Below are positions 1 to 9,515 of a stretch of 35,611 nt of DNA, piece by piece (position 1 is the first letter of the stretch; every line of letters begins with the position of its first letter). Below the pieces are notes generated by a model. The model had not been told where the DNA came from, made no database searches, and worked only from the letters and a program-made list of their open reading frames with translations. The DNA is from a virus. Its lineage: Duplodnaviria > Caudoviricetes. Both the position numbers and the translations under genes were made by a program. The stretch is from IMG/VR virus record IMGVR_UViG_3300032257_000068, positions 1 to 35,611 of that record. One strand, written 5' to 3'.

Positions 1-87
1 CGCCAGACGTACCATAATAATTGAGGAAAATCCCTGTATGAGTAGTCCCGCTAAAGCCATCTACAATGCAGTTTCTAATTGTGCTTA
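1..87. repeat. 87-bp terminal direct repeat (copy 1), most likely an assembly overlap of a circular/circularly permuted genome
   Basis: nt 1-87 (cgccagacgt...gtgctta) are identical to 35525-35611, and an ORF reads in frame across the join. Confidence 0.97.
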
Positions 88-550
88 GCGTGTTGCCGGT
101 GACGTAGCCTGCATCTATAGCTCGGTTATTGGAATTAGTTACATCGGTGGTGGTGATGTGACAGCCATCCATTAAAATATCTACATCAGTCCATTGAACG
201 CAGGCATGACCATCACTGGTAGGATTGTGCTCAACCTGTACATTCCATAATTCAATATCAGGCAAGGCTAAAGTAATAGGCTGATAAGATCCGCCCGAAT
301 GACGATATACGCTAGTGTCCCACTCAGTCGACGCCCGCCCGGTAGAGTCATAATCCCGAATAATGATCTTGCCGTAATTACTAAAACCGTTGATTGCGAC
401 ATTGGTCGTATCTGCCGATCCAGAAGAAGCGCTAAGCTCAGCAACAGGATCATCACCGCTCATATCTGCACCTTCAGCAGATTCCCAAGCATTCAAACTG
501 GAATAAGCTCCAGCACCATCAGTATCGACTCTGTTGACGTCTTCAGCCAT
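1..550 (-). CDS. 5' part of a 535-aa virion fibre/spike protein (parallel beta-helix-like N-terminal domain); continues across the junction into 35524..34467
   Basis: Manual translation: ATG at 550 overlaps the upstream stop (TAATG); open frame MAEDVNRVDTDGAGAYSSLNAWESAEG...IRNCIVDGFSGTTHTGIFLNYYG runs without a stop into the 34467 ORF frame; missing from the ORF track. Confidence 0.88.
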   Translation of the reverse strand, partial: MAEDVNRVDTDGAGAYSSLNAWESAEGADMSGDDPVAELSASSGSADTTNVAINGFSNYGKIIIRDYDSTGRASTEWDTSVYRHSGGSYQPITLALPDIELWNVQVEHNPTSDGHACVQWTDVDILMDGCHITTTDVTNSNNRAIDAGYVTGNTLSTIRNCIVDGFSGTTHTGIFLNYYGTSG

Positions 551-1398
551 TAAACCGCTGCGTGATCCTTAAGATATGTTACTAAGTCACCAATGTATAC
601 ATTCATACTACCACCATTAGTTTCAATAGCATTCATCACGCCCTCACCTACAAACCATCGACGTAAATAAATAACATCTTCTGTCTGGATTCTGATATCT
701 TCAGCAAAACGATCTCTTGCAACTGAACGATGTAAGGTAAATTCAATAATCCTGTTAGCATGGCTTAATAACTCAAAGCCATTTAAATCCTTTAGTTTAT
801 TTATAAAGCGTTCTGTAGATGTTGGATTTTTACCTGTAGCAGAATAGTCAGCTTTTAAGTGAATAATACCTGTCGCTTCATTATAGTCTTCAACAGTGAA
901 CACTGTCTGCAAGATAGTATCGGGATTTAAATCACCATCCCAAAAGCCTACAGAACTCATAGCATCACCGATATCGATAGTGCAGGTGACTTCATTAGCT
1001 GCAAAAACGATCCCTGTCGCCTTCCAGCTTTCTAGCAACTGCTGGATCCGAGCTTGTCTAGCTGCACTAAAACCATCATCTGTAGAGCTGGCATACTTAT
1101 TAAACATGCGAAGGTTGTAAACTCTACCCACACGACTAACAACTGCAAAGTCTAAATCAAAGAACCATCGTTGACCGTAATCTTCACAAGTAAATCCAGC
1201 AATAGGATGGCCTGGAACGGGGTCACTTAGAAAAGCCTCATTCAATAATGCTGGCTCTTTATAAACAACAACTTCACCCCAGTTAGCTAGCTCTTGTGGG
1301 CTGGCCGGATGAGCAGAAGCCCTTGCCTCGCTACAATCACCCCGCAATTCTATGAATTTACCGCCAAACCGATTTGCTCTTTTAAAATATAACTTCAT
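550..1398 (-). CDS. Hypothetical protein (282 aa), translationally coupled to the fibre gene
   Basis: Long ORF, AGAGG RBS upstream, TAATG stop/start overlap at 548-552; no family recognised. Confidence 0.8.
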   Translation of the reverse strand: MKLYFKRANRFGGKFIELRGDCSEARASAHPASPQELANWGEVVVYKEPALLNEAFLSDPVPGHPIAGFTCEDYGQRWFFDLDFAVVSRVGRVYNLRMFNKYASSTDDGFSAARQARIQQLLESWKATGIVFAANEVTCTIDIGDAMSSVGFWDGDLNPDTILQTVFTVEDYNEATGIIHLKADYSATGKNPTSTERFINKLKDLNGFELLSHANRIIEFTLHRSVARDRFAEDIRIQTEDVIYLRRWFVGEGVMNAIETNGGSMNVYIGDLVTYLKDHAAV

Positions 1399-1421
1399 CG
1401 TTACCTCTTTTATAGAGCGAT

Positions 1422-1465
1422 AAAAAAAAGAAAAAAAAGAAAAAAAAGGGGGAGAAAACTCCCCC
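1422..1465 (-). terminator. Intrinsic terminator after the major capsid gene
   Basis: Hairpin GGGGGAG-AAAA-CTCCCCC (1448-1465) followed on the minus strand by three T8 runs. Confidence 0.85.
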
Positions 1466-1473
1466 TGATTTAA

Positions 1474-2634
1474 TTAGCCTAATAGCAAGGCCGTATGCTC
1501 TGGCTTGATGTTCTTAACGCCCCATGCTAGGCCAACTTCATAGCGTACTTTTCGGTAGCCTTTATACATAGAGAACTCAAGAGACAATCCAGATCGTGGA
1601 TCAGTGATAATCTGGCGATCTGCTGCCATATCACCTTCTTCTGGTAGTGCGGGAGCACGTGCAGCAAGAACAAGCGCTGAACGGGCAAAGCACATATTAC
1701 GTGCAGAACTTGCAACAACAGTAATTGCTGTTGCTGATGTGGCGATAGCAACACGTAAACCGGGAGCGGCAATAGTAATTGTATCACCTGCTGCTGGGTT
1801 AGCACCTGCAAACACAACAGAAGTTACTGCGTACTTATTGGTATCGCCCGCAATGGTAATAATATCACCAGCTGCAATAACACCTGTTCCAGCTGTTGCA
1901 AGGGTAAGAACCGTTGCGCCTACTGCATAACCTGCATTATTTGTTGTTGCTGAAGCCATAGCGCCAGCTGTTTGTGTTTGAATCTGTGCTGATTCGCGGA
2001 TCGGCATGCCATGAAGATCAAGCAACACACCTTGACGCAACATTGAATCAGTGCCAGCCGCATTAACCGCTGATTGCTTACCCAGGAAATTGGCGCCAGC
2101 TGTAGTATTAAGGACAAGCTGCGGATCAACGTTGCCGCCGTTATCCTTCAAGATTTTCATCACGTTGGATGCATCGGTGTAATCGTTAGCAGTGCCGAAA
2201 GGCGTTGTGGCTGGTGTACCATAAGCACGAGAAAAAGTTTTTTGCAGCGCTGCAAGGTCAGTTTCAACTTCATTTGCAACAGCTCGAATTGCTTGCGCAA
2301 TCTTGCCTGCCCGCGTGTTCTGATAACCTGCGCCAGTATTCAAACCTTTGGCGGCATTACCATTAAAGCCAAATTCCGCTGCACGTTCTTTAGTAATGGT
2401 GATTGCAGCATTACCTGAAGTCTGACCCGTTGGATCGGGAACAACCATTGCTGGCGTGATATCGCTGACATTTCCTGCTGGCTCAACATCAACAATAATA
2501 TCTTGGTTTAAGGCTGCACGTTCTGCGCTTGCGTTCATTGTGACTGATGGAACCAAGCCAACAAGCTCACGCGAAACAACATCAAGTGCCTCGTAAATAT
2601 CCGGGATCAGCCCGGTAAGGGTATTCTCTGCCAT
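1474..2634 (-). CDS. Major capsid protein (P22 coat protein-like, HK97 fold)
   Basis: N-terminus MAENTLTGLIPDIYEALDVVSRELVG and C-terminus YEVGLAWGVKNIKPEH resemble this coat family; lies after the scaffold and before a terminator. Confidence 0.9.
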   Translation of the reverse strand: MAENTLTGLIPDIYEALDVVSRELVGLVPSVTMNASAERAALNQDIIVDVEPAGNVSDITPAMVVPDPTGQTSGNAAITITKERAAEFGFNGNAAKGLNTGAGYQNTRAGKIAQAIRAVANEVETDLAALQKTFSRAYGTPATTPFGTANDYTDASNVMKILKDNGGNVDPQLVLNTTAGANFLGKQSAVNAAGTDSMLRQGVLLDLHGMPIRESAQIQTQTAGAMASATTNNAGYAVGATVLTLATAGTGVIAAGDIITIAGDTNKYAVTSVVFAGANPAAGDTITIAAPGLRVAIATSATAITVVASSARNMCFARSALVLAARAPALPEEGDMAADRQIITDPRSGLSLEFSMYKGYRKVRYEVGLAWGVKNIKPEHTALLLG

Positions 2635-2661
2635 TTTCTTAAATCCTCTAATGAATTAAAA

Positions 2662-3390
2662 TTAATCTTCAATTACGGTTCCGCCGTCTTCGCGAATGAA
2701 TTTCATCTGCTCAGCTGGGGTTAATTTATTAAAATCGGATCGCCCGATCTCTTTTGCAGCACCGCTGCCATCGCTTGACCCACCGTTGGCACTGCCGCCA
2801 GAGGATTGACTGCCTTTGATTAATGAAGAGAAACGAGCACTGCCCATAAACTCTTTTGCTAAATCTTCAAGGCTTGAAACGGTTAGTTCACCCGCTTCAT
2901 TTGTAACCTTAATCCCTTCTTCTGTAGATTTCAACCTACGCTGGACAAAATCAGCTAACAGTTCAATGTTTGCCCCTTCAGCCAAAGTTCCTGCAATTCT
3001 TAAAGCCTCGTTTCGCTCATCGCGTTTTGAAATTTTATCACGCAACGTTTGATGCTCTTCACGCTCTCGTTCAAGTTCCTGCATGGCTGATTTATGTAGC
3101 TGCTCGTAATCACCTTTTTGCTCAAGGGATTCACGTTCTTTTTGTTTTGCCAGCCGCTCGGCTTCTTTTTTGTGTTTGTTGGCCTCTCCGATCTTTGCAT
3201 TCAAGCGTTGGTTTTCAGCTGCCTCTGCATCCAATTTTGCTTGCAAGGCTTCATAGGCTTCTTTGCTGATGGCCTGGCTATCGCCTTCGCCTTCGCCTTC
3301 ACCTTCACCGCTGCCGCCGGGTTCACCTTCGCCGCCTGACTCTTCACGGAATACGCGCCCGTACAATTTTTTTTGGTTTTGAAATAGCAT
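2662..3390 (-). CDS. Capsid scaffolding protein
   Basis: GE-rich N-terminus, long charged coiled coil, GS-rich linker and short C-terminal helix; directly upstream of the capsid gene. Confidence 0.85.
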   Translation of the reverse strand: MLFQNQKKLYGRVFREESGGEGEPGGSGEGEGEGEGDSQAISKEAYEALQAKLDAEAAENQRLNAKIGEANKHKKEAERLAKQKERESLEQKGDYEQLHKSAMQELEREREEHQTLRDKISKRDERNEALRIAGTLAEGANIELLADFVQRRLKSTEEGIKVTNEAGELTVSSLEDLAKEFMGSARFSSLIKGSQSSGGSANGGSSDGSGAAKEIGRSDFNKLTPAEQMKFIREDGGTVIED

Positions 3391-3433
3391 TTCTATTTTC
3401 TCCTATGAGCACAGCCCATTGTTTATAAAACGT

Positions 3434-4468
3434 TTATAAATCTTGAAAGACGAACGGGTTCATCTGCTCCAATTGTTGCAAAGTATATACCCGGCCAGTT
3501 GGATCGACAAATTGATCAATCTTTAATTGCCCCGTTCTAAATAATTTAGACCTTTCCGGCCCTAGCGCTTCATCAATAAATTCTCTTGGTTGCTGTCGCA
3601 GCCATCCACCATAAGTAGTTTTACCAGAAACAGCCTTTGCCCCTATTGCCCCTTTTGATGCTCTTTGCCCTGTTACCTTACTGCCAAGATCAAATTCTGG
3701 TTTAACTTTTGGTATCGTCGTTGATCTACAGCCCCAATGAGCGGGAGGGACAGGCCCGGATCCGGTTGAATAAACTTTGCCATCACGTGATGCGCAAATC
3801 ATTGTGGTTCTGCCATCAAGGGTTGACACCCATTGATAACCATCAAGGATATCTGAATTTTGTTCATAAACCTTATTTCTAGCCATTGCCGAAATGTGAT
3901 TAGTTGAAGTCCTAACCAGTGTCTCTAATTGTCGCCTTGTTAATGTTGTCATTGTTGTTGCCAGCTTATCAGCGATAACGCCAGTTGAATCCCCTAGCGC
4001 AACCCCGTCCCGAATAGCCTGCGTTATTTCAGCCACTTTTTTTTGTGAAAAATCTTTGTATGCTGTCGATATACTAACTGATGCCATGCCAGCAGGCGCG
4101 GCCATTGGTGAATTTTCAACAGCGCCGATCAATGCTTCAGTGGAAGGGGATGAGAACGCAGCCTTTGTTGTTTTTTCAAATAATTCAACAGAAAATTTTG
4201 ATTCACTCAACGCTAAATTCTGCATCCCAATAACAGCATTACTTGTGATATCAGTCATTGCAGCTTTAGCCAGGCTTTCTATTTCCTGAAGCATTGCACC
4301 AAGCTGCTGAGCTCTTATTGTTGTGCCTGCTTGGTTGATACGAACAACAATATCCCGGCGCAATTTATTCAGCGCCCTAACTGCTTCTTTTGATTGCTGG
4401 CCACCGTATCGCTGCAAAAATACCTGATGCCGCGTAGCCGCATCAATAATTGCTTGCCGTGATGACAT
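3434..4468 (-). CDS. Minor head morphogenesis protein (SPP1 gp7 / Mu gpF family)
   Basis: Motif WVSTLDGRTTMICASRDG...PPAHWGCRST; follows the portal gene. Confidence 0.9.
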   Translation of the reverse strand: MSSRQAIIDAATRHQVFLQRYGGQQSKEAVRALNKLRRDIVVRINQAGTTIRAQQLGAMLQEIESLAKAAMTDITSNAVIGMQNLALSESKFSVELFEKTTKAAFSSPSTEALIGAVENSPMAAPAGMASVSISTAYKDFSQKKVAEITQAIRDGVALGDSTGVIADKLATTMTTLTRRQLETLVRTSTNHISAMARNKVYEQNSDILDGYQWVSTLDGRTTMICASRDGKVYSTGSGPVPPAHWGCRSTTIPKVKPEFDLGSKVTGQRASKGAIGAKAVSGKTTYGGWLRQQPREFIDEALGPERSKLFRTGQLKIDQFVDPTGRVYTLQQLEQMNPFVFQDL

Positions 4469-5853
4469 TAGAAGGTAATCCCTATTTCGGCCTCTTCATC
4501 TATCTGTTCATTGGTTCTAGCTTCATCAATCATGCCTGAACTTCTGAGATCGTCGCGTAAATCATTTTTTGTTATAATTCCACGATCAACCATTTGGATC
4601 GCGGCCACAATTAATTGCGGGTCAACTCGCTTATCATAAAACTCACGATTAATCTCTAATATTGAGTCACCAACTCCACCCATAAACCGTTTTGCCCATT
4701 CAAAACAATCAAGCAAGGCTGACTGAGCGTTACCAACAATAGTTCCAAGCTGTGAGTTTTGCCCACCAAAGCGCATTTTAGCAGCTTCTGCCGTTTCATT
4801 TCCGCCTGCATCCTGAATGATTCGAGCCCCAATCTTTACCATTTGCGCCTCTTTTTCTTTCATTCCTTCAGCTGGCATTGTGTTAGATTGTGCTTGCAAT
4901 AAATCAGCCGATGCGTTTTCAGGCAACAAAACAGCTGTGCGCGAACCAAGGGAAACGCCGCCTTTTAATACTTCATCAACCCATGCTTGAGACAATCCCG
5001 ATATAACTGGCGTTGGTTGACCAACCATAAATGCGGATTCTTCAAAATCTGCGCTGTTTCGATAATGGGAAATATTAATTTCTGCAAGGTCATATAGTGG
5101 CGACTTGTCAACAACCTCATCATTATTTTCTGATCCAACAAAAACAAAAGGAATTTCATTCCATCGCTTCCCTGTTGAATCTGTTGGTTCAACTATATCA
5201 ACAATGTTTTCTTTATCATCATAAAGAACCTGAATATATTTCCCACCTTCAATTTTTAATACTCGATGATATTCCTTGCATTCAGTGCCAAATCCATCAG
5301 CTGCTATTTCTTCATGATCTTCCATTAACACAACAAGAGATAACTTTCTAACACCGCCTACCATATGCGTGCGCCAATTAATTATTCTTTCTGTGGCATA
5401 TGTCAGAATGCTAGCCTGTAGATTCATTGCTGACACTTGCGCTTTAGTCAGGCCCTTTGGTGCTTTTGGGTAATCGACAAGCAGACCGAATCTGCCTGTC
5501 TGTATAACGTCGCTGATAATTTTACGCGCCATCTGATCAAGAGTAAGGCCTCCACCATTTGCATTTTTTTTGATATATTCAATTGATGAATCTACTTCAT
5601 GAACAGTTTGTTTTTTGAACACCATTCCAAGCATCCCTGAAAGAGTGCTGCCAGTAAAACCAACAAAATTAGCCCTCTGCAAATAGTCATCATAACGCTT
5701 CTCATTTTCAGGGCTTAAATCATCCGGCGAAGGTTTAGGCAAATATTTTGTTTTCTTTTTCTCTATTGCTGATTTGCCTTTTACACAATCACGCACTGTC
5801 TGCCATTGCGGTAAATACTGTTTATAATCTTTATGCTGATCAGTAACGGGCAT
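4468..5853 (-). CDS. Portal protein (DUF4055-like)
   Basis: 461 aa after terL; YLPKP, RYDDYLQRA, GRFGLLVDYP, PLYDLAEINISHYRNSAD motifs. Confidence 0.88.
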   Translation of the reverse strand: MPVTDQHKDYKQYLPQWQTVRDCVKGKSAIEKKKTKYLPKPSPDDLSPENEKRYDDYLQRANFVGFTGSTLSGMLGMVFKKQTVHEVDSSIEYIKKNANGGGLTLDQMARKIISDVIQTGRFGLLVDYPKAPKGLTKAQVSAMNLQASILTYATERIINWRTHMVGGVRKLSLVVLMEDHEEIAADGFGTECKEYHRVLKIEGGKYIQVLYDDKENIVDIVEPTDSTGKRWNEIPFVFVGSENNDEVVDKSPLYDLAEINISHYRNSADFEESAFMVGQPTPVISGLSQAWVDEVLKGGVSLGSRTAVLLPENASADLLQAQSNTMPAEGMKEKEAQMVKIGARIIQDAGGNETAEAAKMRFGGQNSQLGTIVGNAQSALLDCFEWAKRFMGGVGDSILEINREFYDKRVDPQLIVAAIQMVDRGIITKNDLRDDLRSSGMIDEARTNEQIDEEAEIGITF

Positions 5854-5858
5854 TCTGT

Positions 5859-7100
5859 TTACCTCGAAAATTTAACGTTAATTTTTGTTGCTGGTTTTTT
5901 AACGGGCATTTCAAATGCAATTGGATAAGTTGCCGCGTCTGGCAAGTGGTCAAGATTGCTTGATTTGTCTGGCTCACCATTGGCATTATATGCTAGCTGC
6001 TCAAAACATTTGGCAAGCTCCGGGCATTTTTCCTCATTGACTTTTAACAGTCCTTTCTGAAATGCGTTATTAGTCGCAAGTACGCGATCCTTAACTAGCG
6101 GGTTAGTACTGTTAGCATATACAGAAAATTTAGCCTGTTCAAGCAATGCAATGTCTGATGTGCTTGCGTTTACCGTTTTTCTGCTTTTTCCGCTAGCATC
6201 AGGATAAACCCTAATAGGGTGATCAGGGTATTTTTCGTTGATCGTGTCAATCATGGCCGGGGTATCATAAATGCCTTTCAGTTCCTCAACGGCGTGCCAT
6301 ACCTTGCCGCGCAATACATAAATAACTGCGCTCATATTGGTAACATTGAAATCCATTCCAATCCTAAGTAATTCTTTTTCCTTGTAAAATTCCCGGCTCT
6401 TATGGTTTATTCTTGAGTAAGAATTATAAACGGTGCCCGATTTAAGATTAACGAATTTGCCATACAAATATGCATCGACCAATTCTTGCGGGTAGGTTTC
6501 CAGCAAAGAATCAATATAATCTTCTGGCAAATGCTGATTATTCTCATAAGTGCTTGCTTGAACCATTGAATAGCTTGCTGTGGGCTCTTCTGCAAATCTA
6601 TCATAAACAAACAAAAAGCCTTCTGGCGTTGTGGTGACACCGATCCCATTGACTACGCCATCTATTTTCAATCTCAGCCTGGCTATAATTTTATTCCATG
6701 CAATAACAGCTTTATCTTTTGGAAGTGTGTCTATTTCATCAACCAAGGCACGCGCAACTTTAAAACCAACAATGCTTGAAGGCTTATCCATCGATCTACA
6801 AATAATAGTCCCGTAGTATCTGCGCCCCCTGAAAAGATGGACTTCCTTGTTTGATTCTTTTACATCAACACCAAAACCAAGCATTTCACCGGCTTCAATA
6901 ATTGTTGGAAAAAATATATCTCTGATGCTTCCATAAGTCGGCCCGAAATAGCCTTGACGTGATTTTGGGTGCTCTCCCGCAAAGTTCAGCAGATCAAGAC
7001 AGCCGACAAACGTTTTGCCAGAACCAAAGCCGCCAACAAAAGCACGAAATTTTGTATCAAGCTGCTTTAAAAAAATGTGTTGCGGGGCGCTAACTTCCAC
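5859..7100 (-). CDS. terL: Terminase large subunit
   Basis: Walker A GGFGSGKT, Walker B ALVDEID, coupling motif TTTPEG, nuclease motifs GMDFN and DHLPDA. Confidence 0.95.
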   Translation of the reverse strand: MEVSAPQHIFLKQLDTKFRAFVGGFGSGKTFVGCLDLLNFAGEHPKSRQGYFGPTYGSIRDIFFPTIIEAGEMLGFGVDVKESNKEVHLFRGRRYYGTIICRSMDKPSSIVGFKVARALVDEIDTLPKDKAVIAWNKIIARLRLKIDGVVNGIGVTTTPEGFLFVYDRFAEEPTASYSMVQASTYENNQHLPEDYIDSLLETYPQELVDAYLYGKFVNLKSGTVYNSYSRINHKSREFYKEKELLRIGMDFNVTNMSAVIYVLRGKVWHAVEELKGIYDTPAMIDTINEKYPDHPIRVYPDASGKSRKTVNASTSDIALLEQAKFSVYANSTNPLVKDRVLATNNAFQKGLLKVNEEKCPELAKCFEQLAYNANGEPDKSSNLDHLPDAATYPIAFEMPVKKPATKINVKFSR

Positions 7101-7671
7101 GGGTGACTTTTACTTCAGAGGCTGGCTTGCGTACTTCATAGCTAATGCTTAACGCTGGCACATCTTCACCTGAATCATGATTGTCAATGTTTCGCTTCCA
7201 ATCACCTCGCTTCCTGTTTGTTAGCCAGAAAATACACGCAACAGGCTCAGGGGGGTAATATTTCATAACCGGGGTTTTTATTACTTCGCCATAATAATTT
7301 GTTATATGTGTATCTTCATGGCTGTATCCTGCCGCCCGATGGAACAAAGATTGCTCAATAGTTTCGTCAGCCACTGCCTTTCCTCTTTTTATGGACTCCT
7401 GAAAAATTGGATATTTCTTTTTCCATTCATATATTTGGGAAACCGCAACTTCAAAAAAATCTGCAAGCTGTATATCGGTTGCATAGAGTTTTGCGCATAG
7501 CTTTTCAGCCTGCACCGGGTGATAGTCTGCTTGGTATTTTGTAGGCCTGCCTACTGGATTTGAGTTAACTGCTTGTTTTTTCTTAGCAGTTTTCTTTTTT
7601 GTAGTTTTCTTTTTTGATACAGCTTTTTTTTTAGCTGCCTTTTTCTTTGCAGTTTTTTTCTTGGTAGCCAC
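7090..7671 (-). CDS. terS: Terminase small subunit with Lys/Ala-rich N-terminal extension
   Basis: GRPTKY, HTH (QLADFFEVAVSQIYEWKKKYP), SLFHRAAGY and IFWLTNR motifs; overlaps the terL start. Confidence 0.88.
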   Translation of the reverse strand: MATKKKTAKKKAAKKKAVSKKKTTKKKTAKKKQAVNSNPVGRPTKYQADYHPVQAEKLCAKLYATDIQLADFFEVAVSQIYEWKKKYPIFQESIKRGKAVADETIEQSLFHRAAGYSHEDTHITNYYGEVIKTPVMKYYPPEPVACIFWLTNRKRGDWKRNIDNHDSGEDVPALSISYEVRKPASEVKVTRGS

Positions 7672-7705
7672 TGGCTTTCCCCATTAATCACGGATTAATA
7701 AGGCA

Positions 7706-7734
7706 AGACTATTCTAATATTCTTGTTTCGTCAA
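7706..7734 (-). promoter_or_regulatory. Candidate sigma70-like promoter upstream of terS
   Basis: TTGACG-17 nt-TAGTCT on the minus strand. Confidence 0.4.
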
Positions 7735-7928
7735 AAATTTTTATGCGTTTCTTTGTATACTTCAGCAACTCTTTTTGTTTGACTAGTTAAATGATAGATG
7801 TTTTCTTGGCTTTCCCCTGTACATATCGGGCACAAATACCAGCGTTTCAGCCCTTTGCACCTTAAACGTTTAAGCGCTTTTTTTGCCTGGCGCTTATCTA
7901 AATAACGTTTTTTTGTGCATTTCTTCAT
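7731..7928 (-). CDS. Small basic putative zinc-binding protein (65 aa)
   Basis: ATG at 7928; K-R-Y...A...WYLCPIC...YHLT pattern common in small phage proteins. Confidence 0.6.
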   Translation of the reverse strand: MKKCTKKRYLDKRQAKKALKRLRCKGLKRWYLCPICTGESQENIYHLTSQTKRVAEVYKETHKNF

Positions 7929-8021
7929 ATTTTTGCGCTTTCTTTCTACCTTCTCTACAGGGGTAGTTTTTCCAGAAATACTTAAAACTCTCACACAAAA
8001 CAAAAAGACTCCCCCTTTTAA

Positions 8022-8075
8022 TGGTATAAGTGGTTAAAGTGGTATAACTGGTATTAGTGGTTAAAGCGGTTAAAC
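8022..8075. repeat. Six tandem degenerate 9-bp repeats (consensus TGGTWWAAG), with inverted copies near 8148-8164
   Basis: TGGTATAAG TGGTTAAAG TGGTATAAC TGGTATTAG TGGTTAAAG CGGTTAAAC; TTTTACCA-CTTTTACCA at 8148-8164. Confidence 0.8.
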
Positions 8076-8235
8076 CCAGCAACACCAATGTCTTCAGACT
8101 GGTGATGAATGTTGAAGTGTGTTGAGTTGTATATTTTTTCATCTCGGTTTTACCACTTTTACCATCTACAGGGGGTATGCCTTAATCCACCAAAAAAATA
8201 CTGTTTAGTATTGTCCTGGAAAGTGCGTTCACACT

Positions 8236-8418
8236 TTAGTTAGCCCACAACAAATAAGCACACCAAATAATAAAAGGTATCTTGAGTAAGACCGCTGCCA
8301 CATCGAGCCCTAATGAGTATTCGTACTTTCTTGGGTATGTAGCGAGCGAAAGTATTAAGACTCTAAGCACAAAGCCCACTACCAGTACCCAAAAACTTAA
8401 TAATATGAATGTTTCCAT
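8236..8418 (-). CDS. Small two-TM membrane protein
   Basis: Two hydrophobic segments; GGAG RBS. Confidence 0.7.
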   Translation of the reverse strand: METFILLSFWVLVVGFVLRVLILSLATYPRKYEYSLGLDVAAVLLKIPFIIWCAYLLWAN

Positions 8419-8461
8419 TTTTTACTCTCCCTCACTCTGACAGAATCTACAAGGCTTCAGC

Positions 8462-8773
8462 TCACTCATGTTTGCTTACCTCTATACGTGCTAACGCTAC
8501 GGCTTTGTATATGTCTTTGTCGAAAGTTTCCCTTTGCCCTGAAAATGTTGAGTGATCGACGAAATATTTATCGTCTGAATCAGTGCCAATAATTGCGCCA
8601 TTATCCAGCAACCACTTAACATTCTCAGCGAAGATGGCCGGGTCTTTGTATGTGAAAACTCTGCGCCATCCATCCTTGTCTATGTATGTGACATCTTCTG
8701 AAAATCGTTCCAACTCGCAATCATCTCGCCCCATCACCTCTGCCAGTTTCTTATTCAGTCCATCGTCTGTCAT
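8462..8773 (-). CDS. Hypothetical protein (weak resemblance to NinX-like phage proteins)
   Basis: LNKKLAEVMG start and KAVALARIE end; GAGG RBS. Confidence 0.55.
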   Translation of the reverse strand: MTDDGLNKKLAEVMGRDDCELERFSEDVTYIDKDGWRRVFTYKDPAIFAENVKWLLDNGAIIGTDSDDKYFVDHSTFSGQRETFDKDIYKAVALARIEVSKHE

Positions 8774-8897
8774 GGCTTGTTATCCTCTATTAATTCGTTT
8801 TGTTTATTCATTTCTTAAAAGTCCATAGCGTATAAATTATCCAAGCAGGCCAAAAAATAAAATTGAATAAAATAATTAAAATAAAATCACTCATCAA

Positions 8898-9104
8898 TCA
8901 CACCTCATTGTGTTTCTCTTCAAGCTCTTCAGATAAAACCTTATATCGTTCTTTAGTGATTAACTGCATTTCCAGCGAATTATCGAGAATCTCCTGGCGT
9001 TGTTGTTTGATGGCCTCATCACATAGCTCAAACATTTCTTGATGCAAGTCCATCGCTGTAGGAAATCCTTTTATAAATTCCTTGCCCGTCTCTCTATCAT
9101 CCAT
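8898..9104 (-). CDS. Hypothetical protein
   Basis: ORF with GAGG RBS in a co-oriented small-gene cluster. Confidence 0.6.
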   Translation of the reverse strand: MDDRETGKEFIKGFPTAMDLHQEMFELCDEAIKQQRQEILDNSLEMQLITKERYKVLSEELEEKHNEV

Positions 9105-9180
9105 TAGGGAACCTCTCTTTAGATTTTAGTGTTGTAATAAATGTTTTTATTGAATCGTGATTTGGTGTAATTTGTTTTGT

Positions 9181-9393
9181 TTATTCATCTTTTAAGTCTT
9201 CCATTTCTAAATCAGATAGATCTAATCGTTTAAATAGAATTTGCACCACTTCACCGTCGTGGCCAAAGTGGGACTCTAAATCTATTATGTGCTCTATCTT
9301 TTCTGGTACAGGAATCCATGCGTCAACCGCTAACTCGTAGTAAAATAATCGAGGCTTTTTTTCGGTTAGTTTTTTTAGATTCTCGCCCATCAT
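9181..9393 (-). CDS. Hypothetical protein
   Basis: ORF with GAGG RBS in a co-oriented cluster. Confidence 0.6.
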   Translation of the reverse strand: MMGENLKKLTEKKPRLFYYELAVDAWIPVPEKIEHIIDLESHFGHDGEVVQILFKRLDLSDLEMEDLKDE

Positions 9394-9515
9394 TATTAGC
9401 TACCCCTCAACTTCTCAATGAGCAAATCAATCTCTGCCTGTGTCTCAGGTGATTGATCGCGCTTGGCGGTTTCTAATTCCTGTATAGCTTGTTCTATGTC
9501 CATGACTCTCTCCTG

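Noticed and set aside
1-87. Biological terminal repeat or att site
   Set aside because: It lies inside an ORF that reads through the join, which fits an assembler overlap of a circular contig better than physical ends
3282-3335. 6-bp microsatellite as a phase-variation tract
   Set aside because: In-frame Gly-Glu linker of the scaffold protein; length changes would not shift the frame
8022-8075. CRISPR array
   Set aside because: Repeats are 9 bp, contiguous and without spacers; no cas genes
7894-8142. 82-aa Thr-rich ORF as a real gene
   Set aside because: Low-complexity translation of the 9-bp repeat array that overlaps the next gene; left unannotated though not excluded
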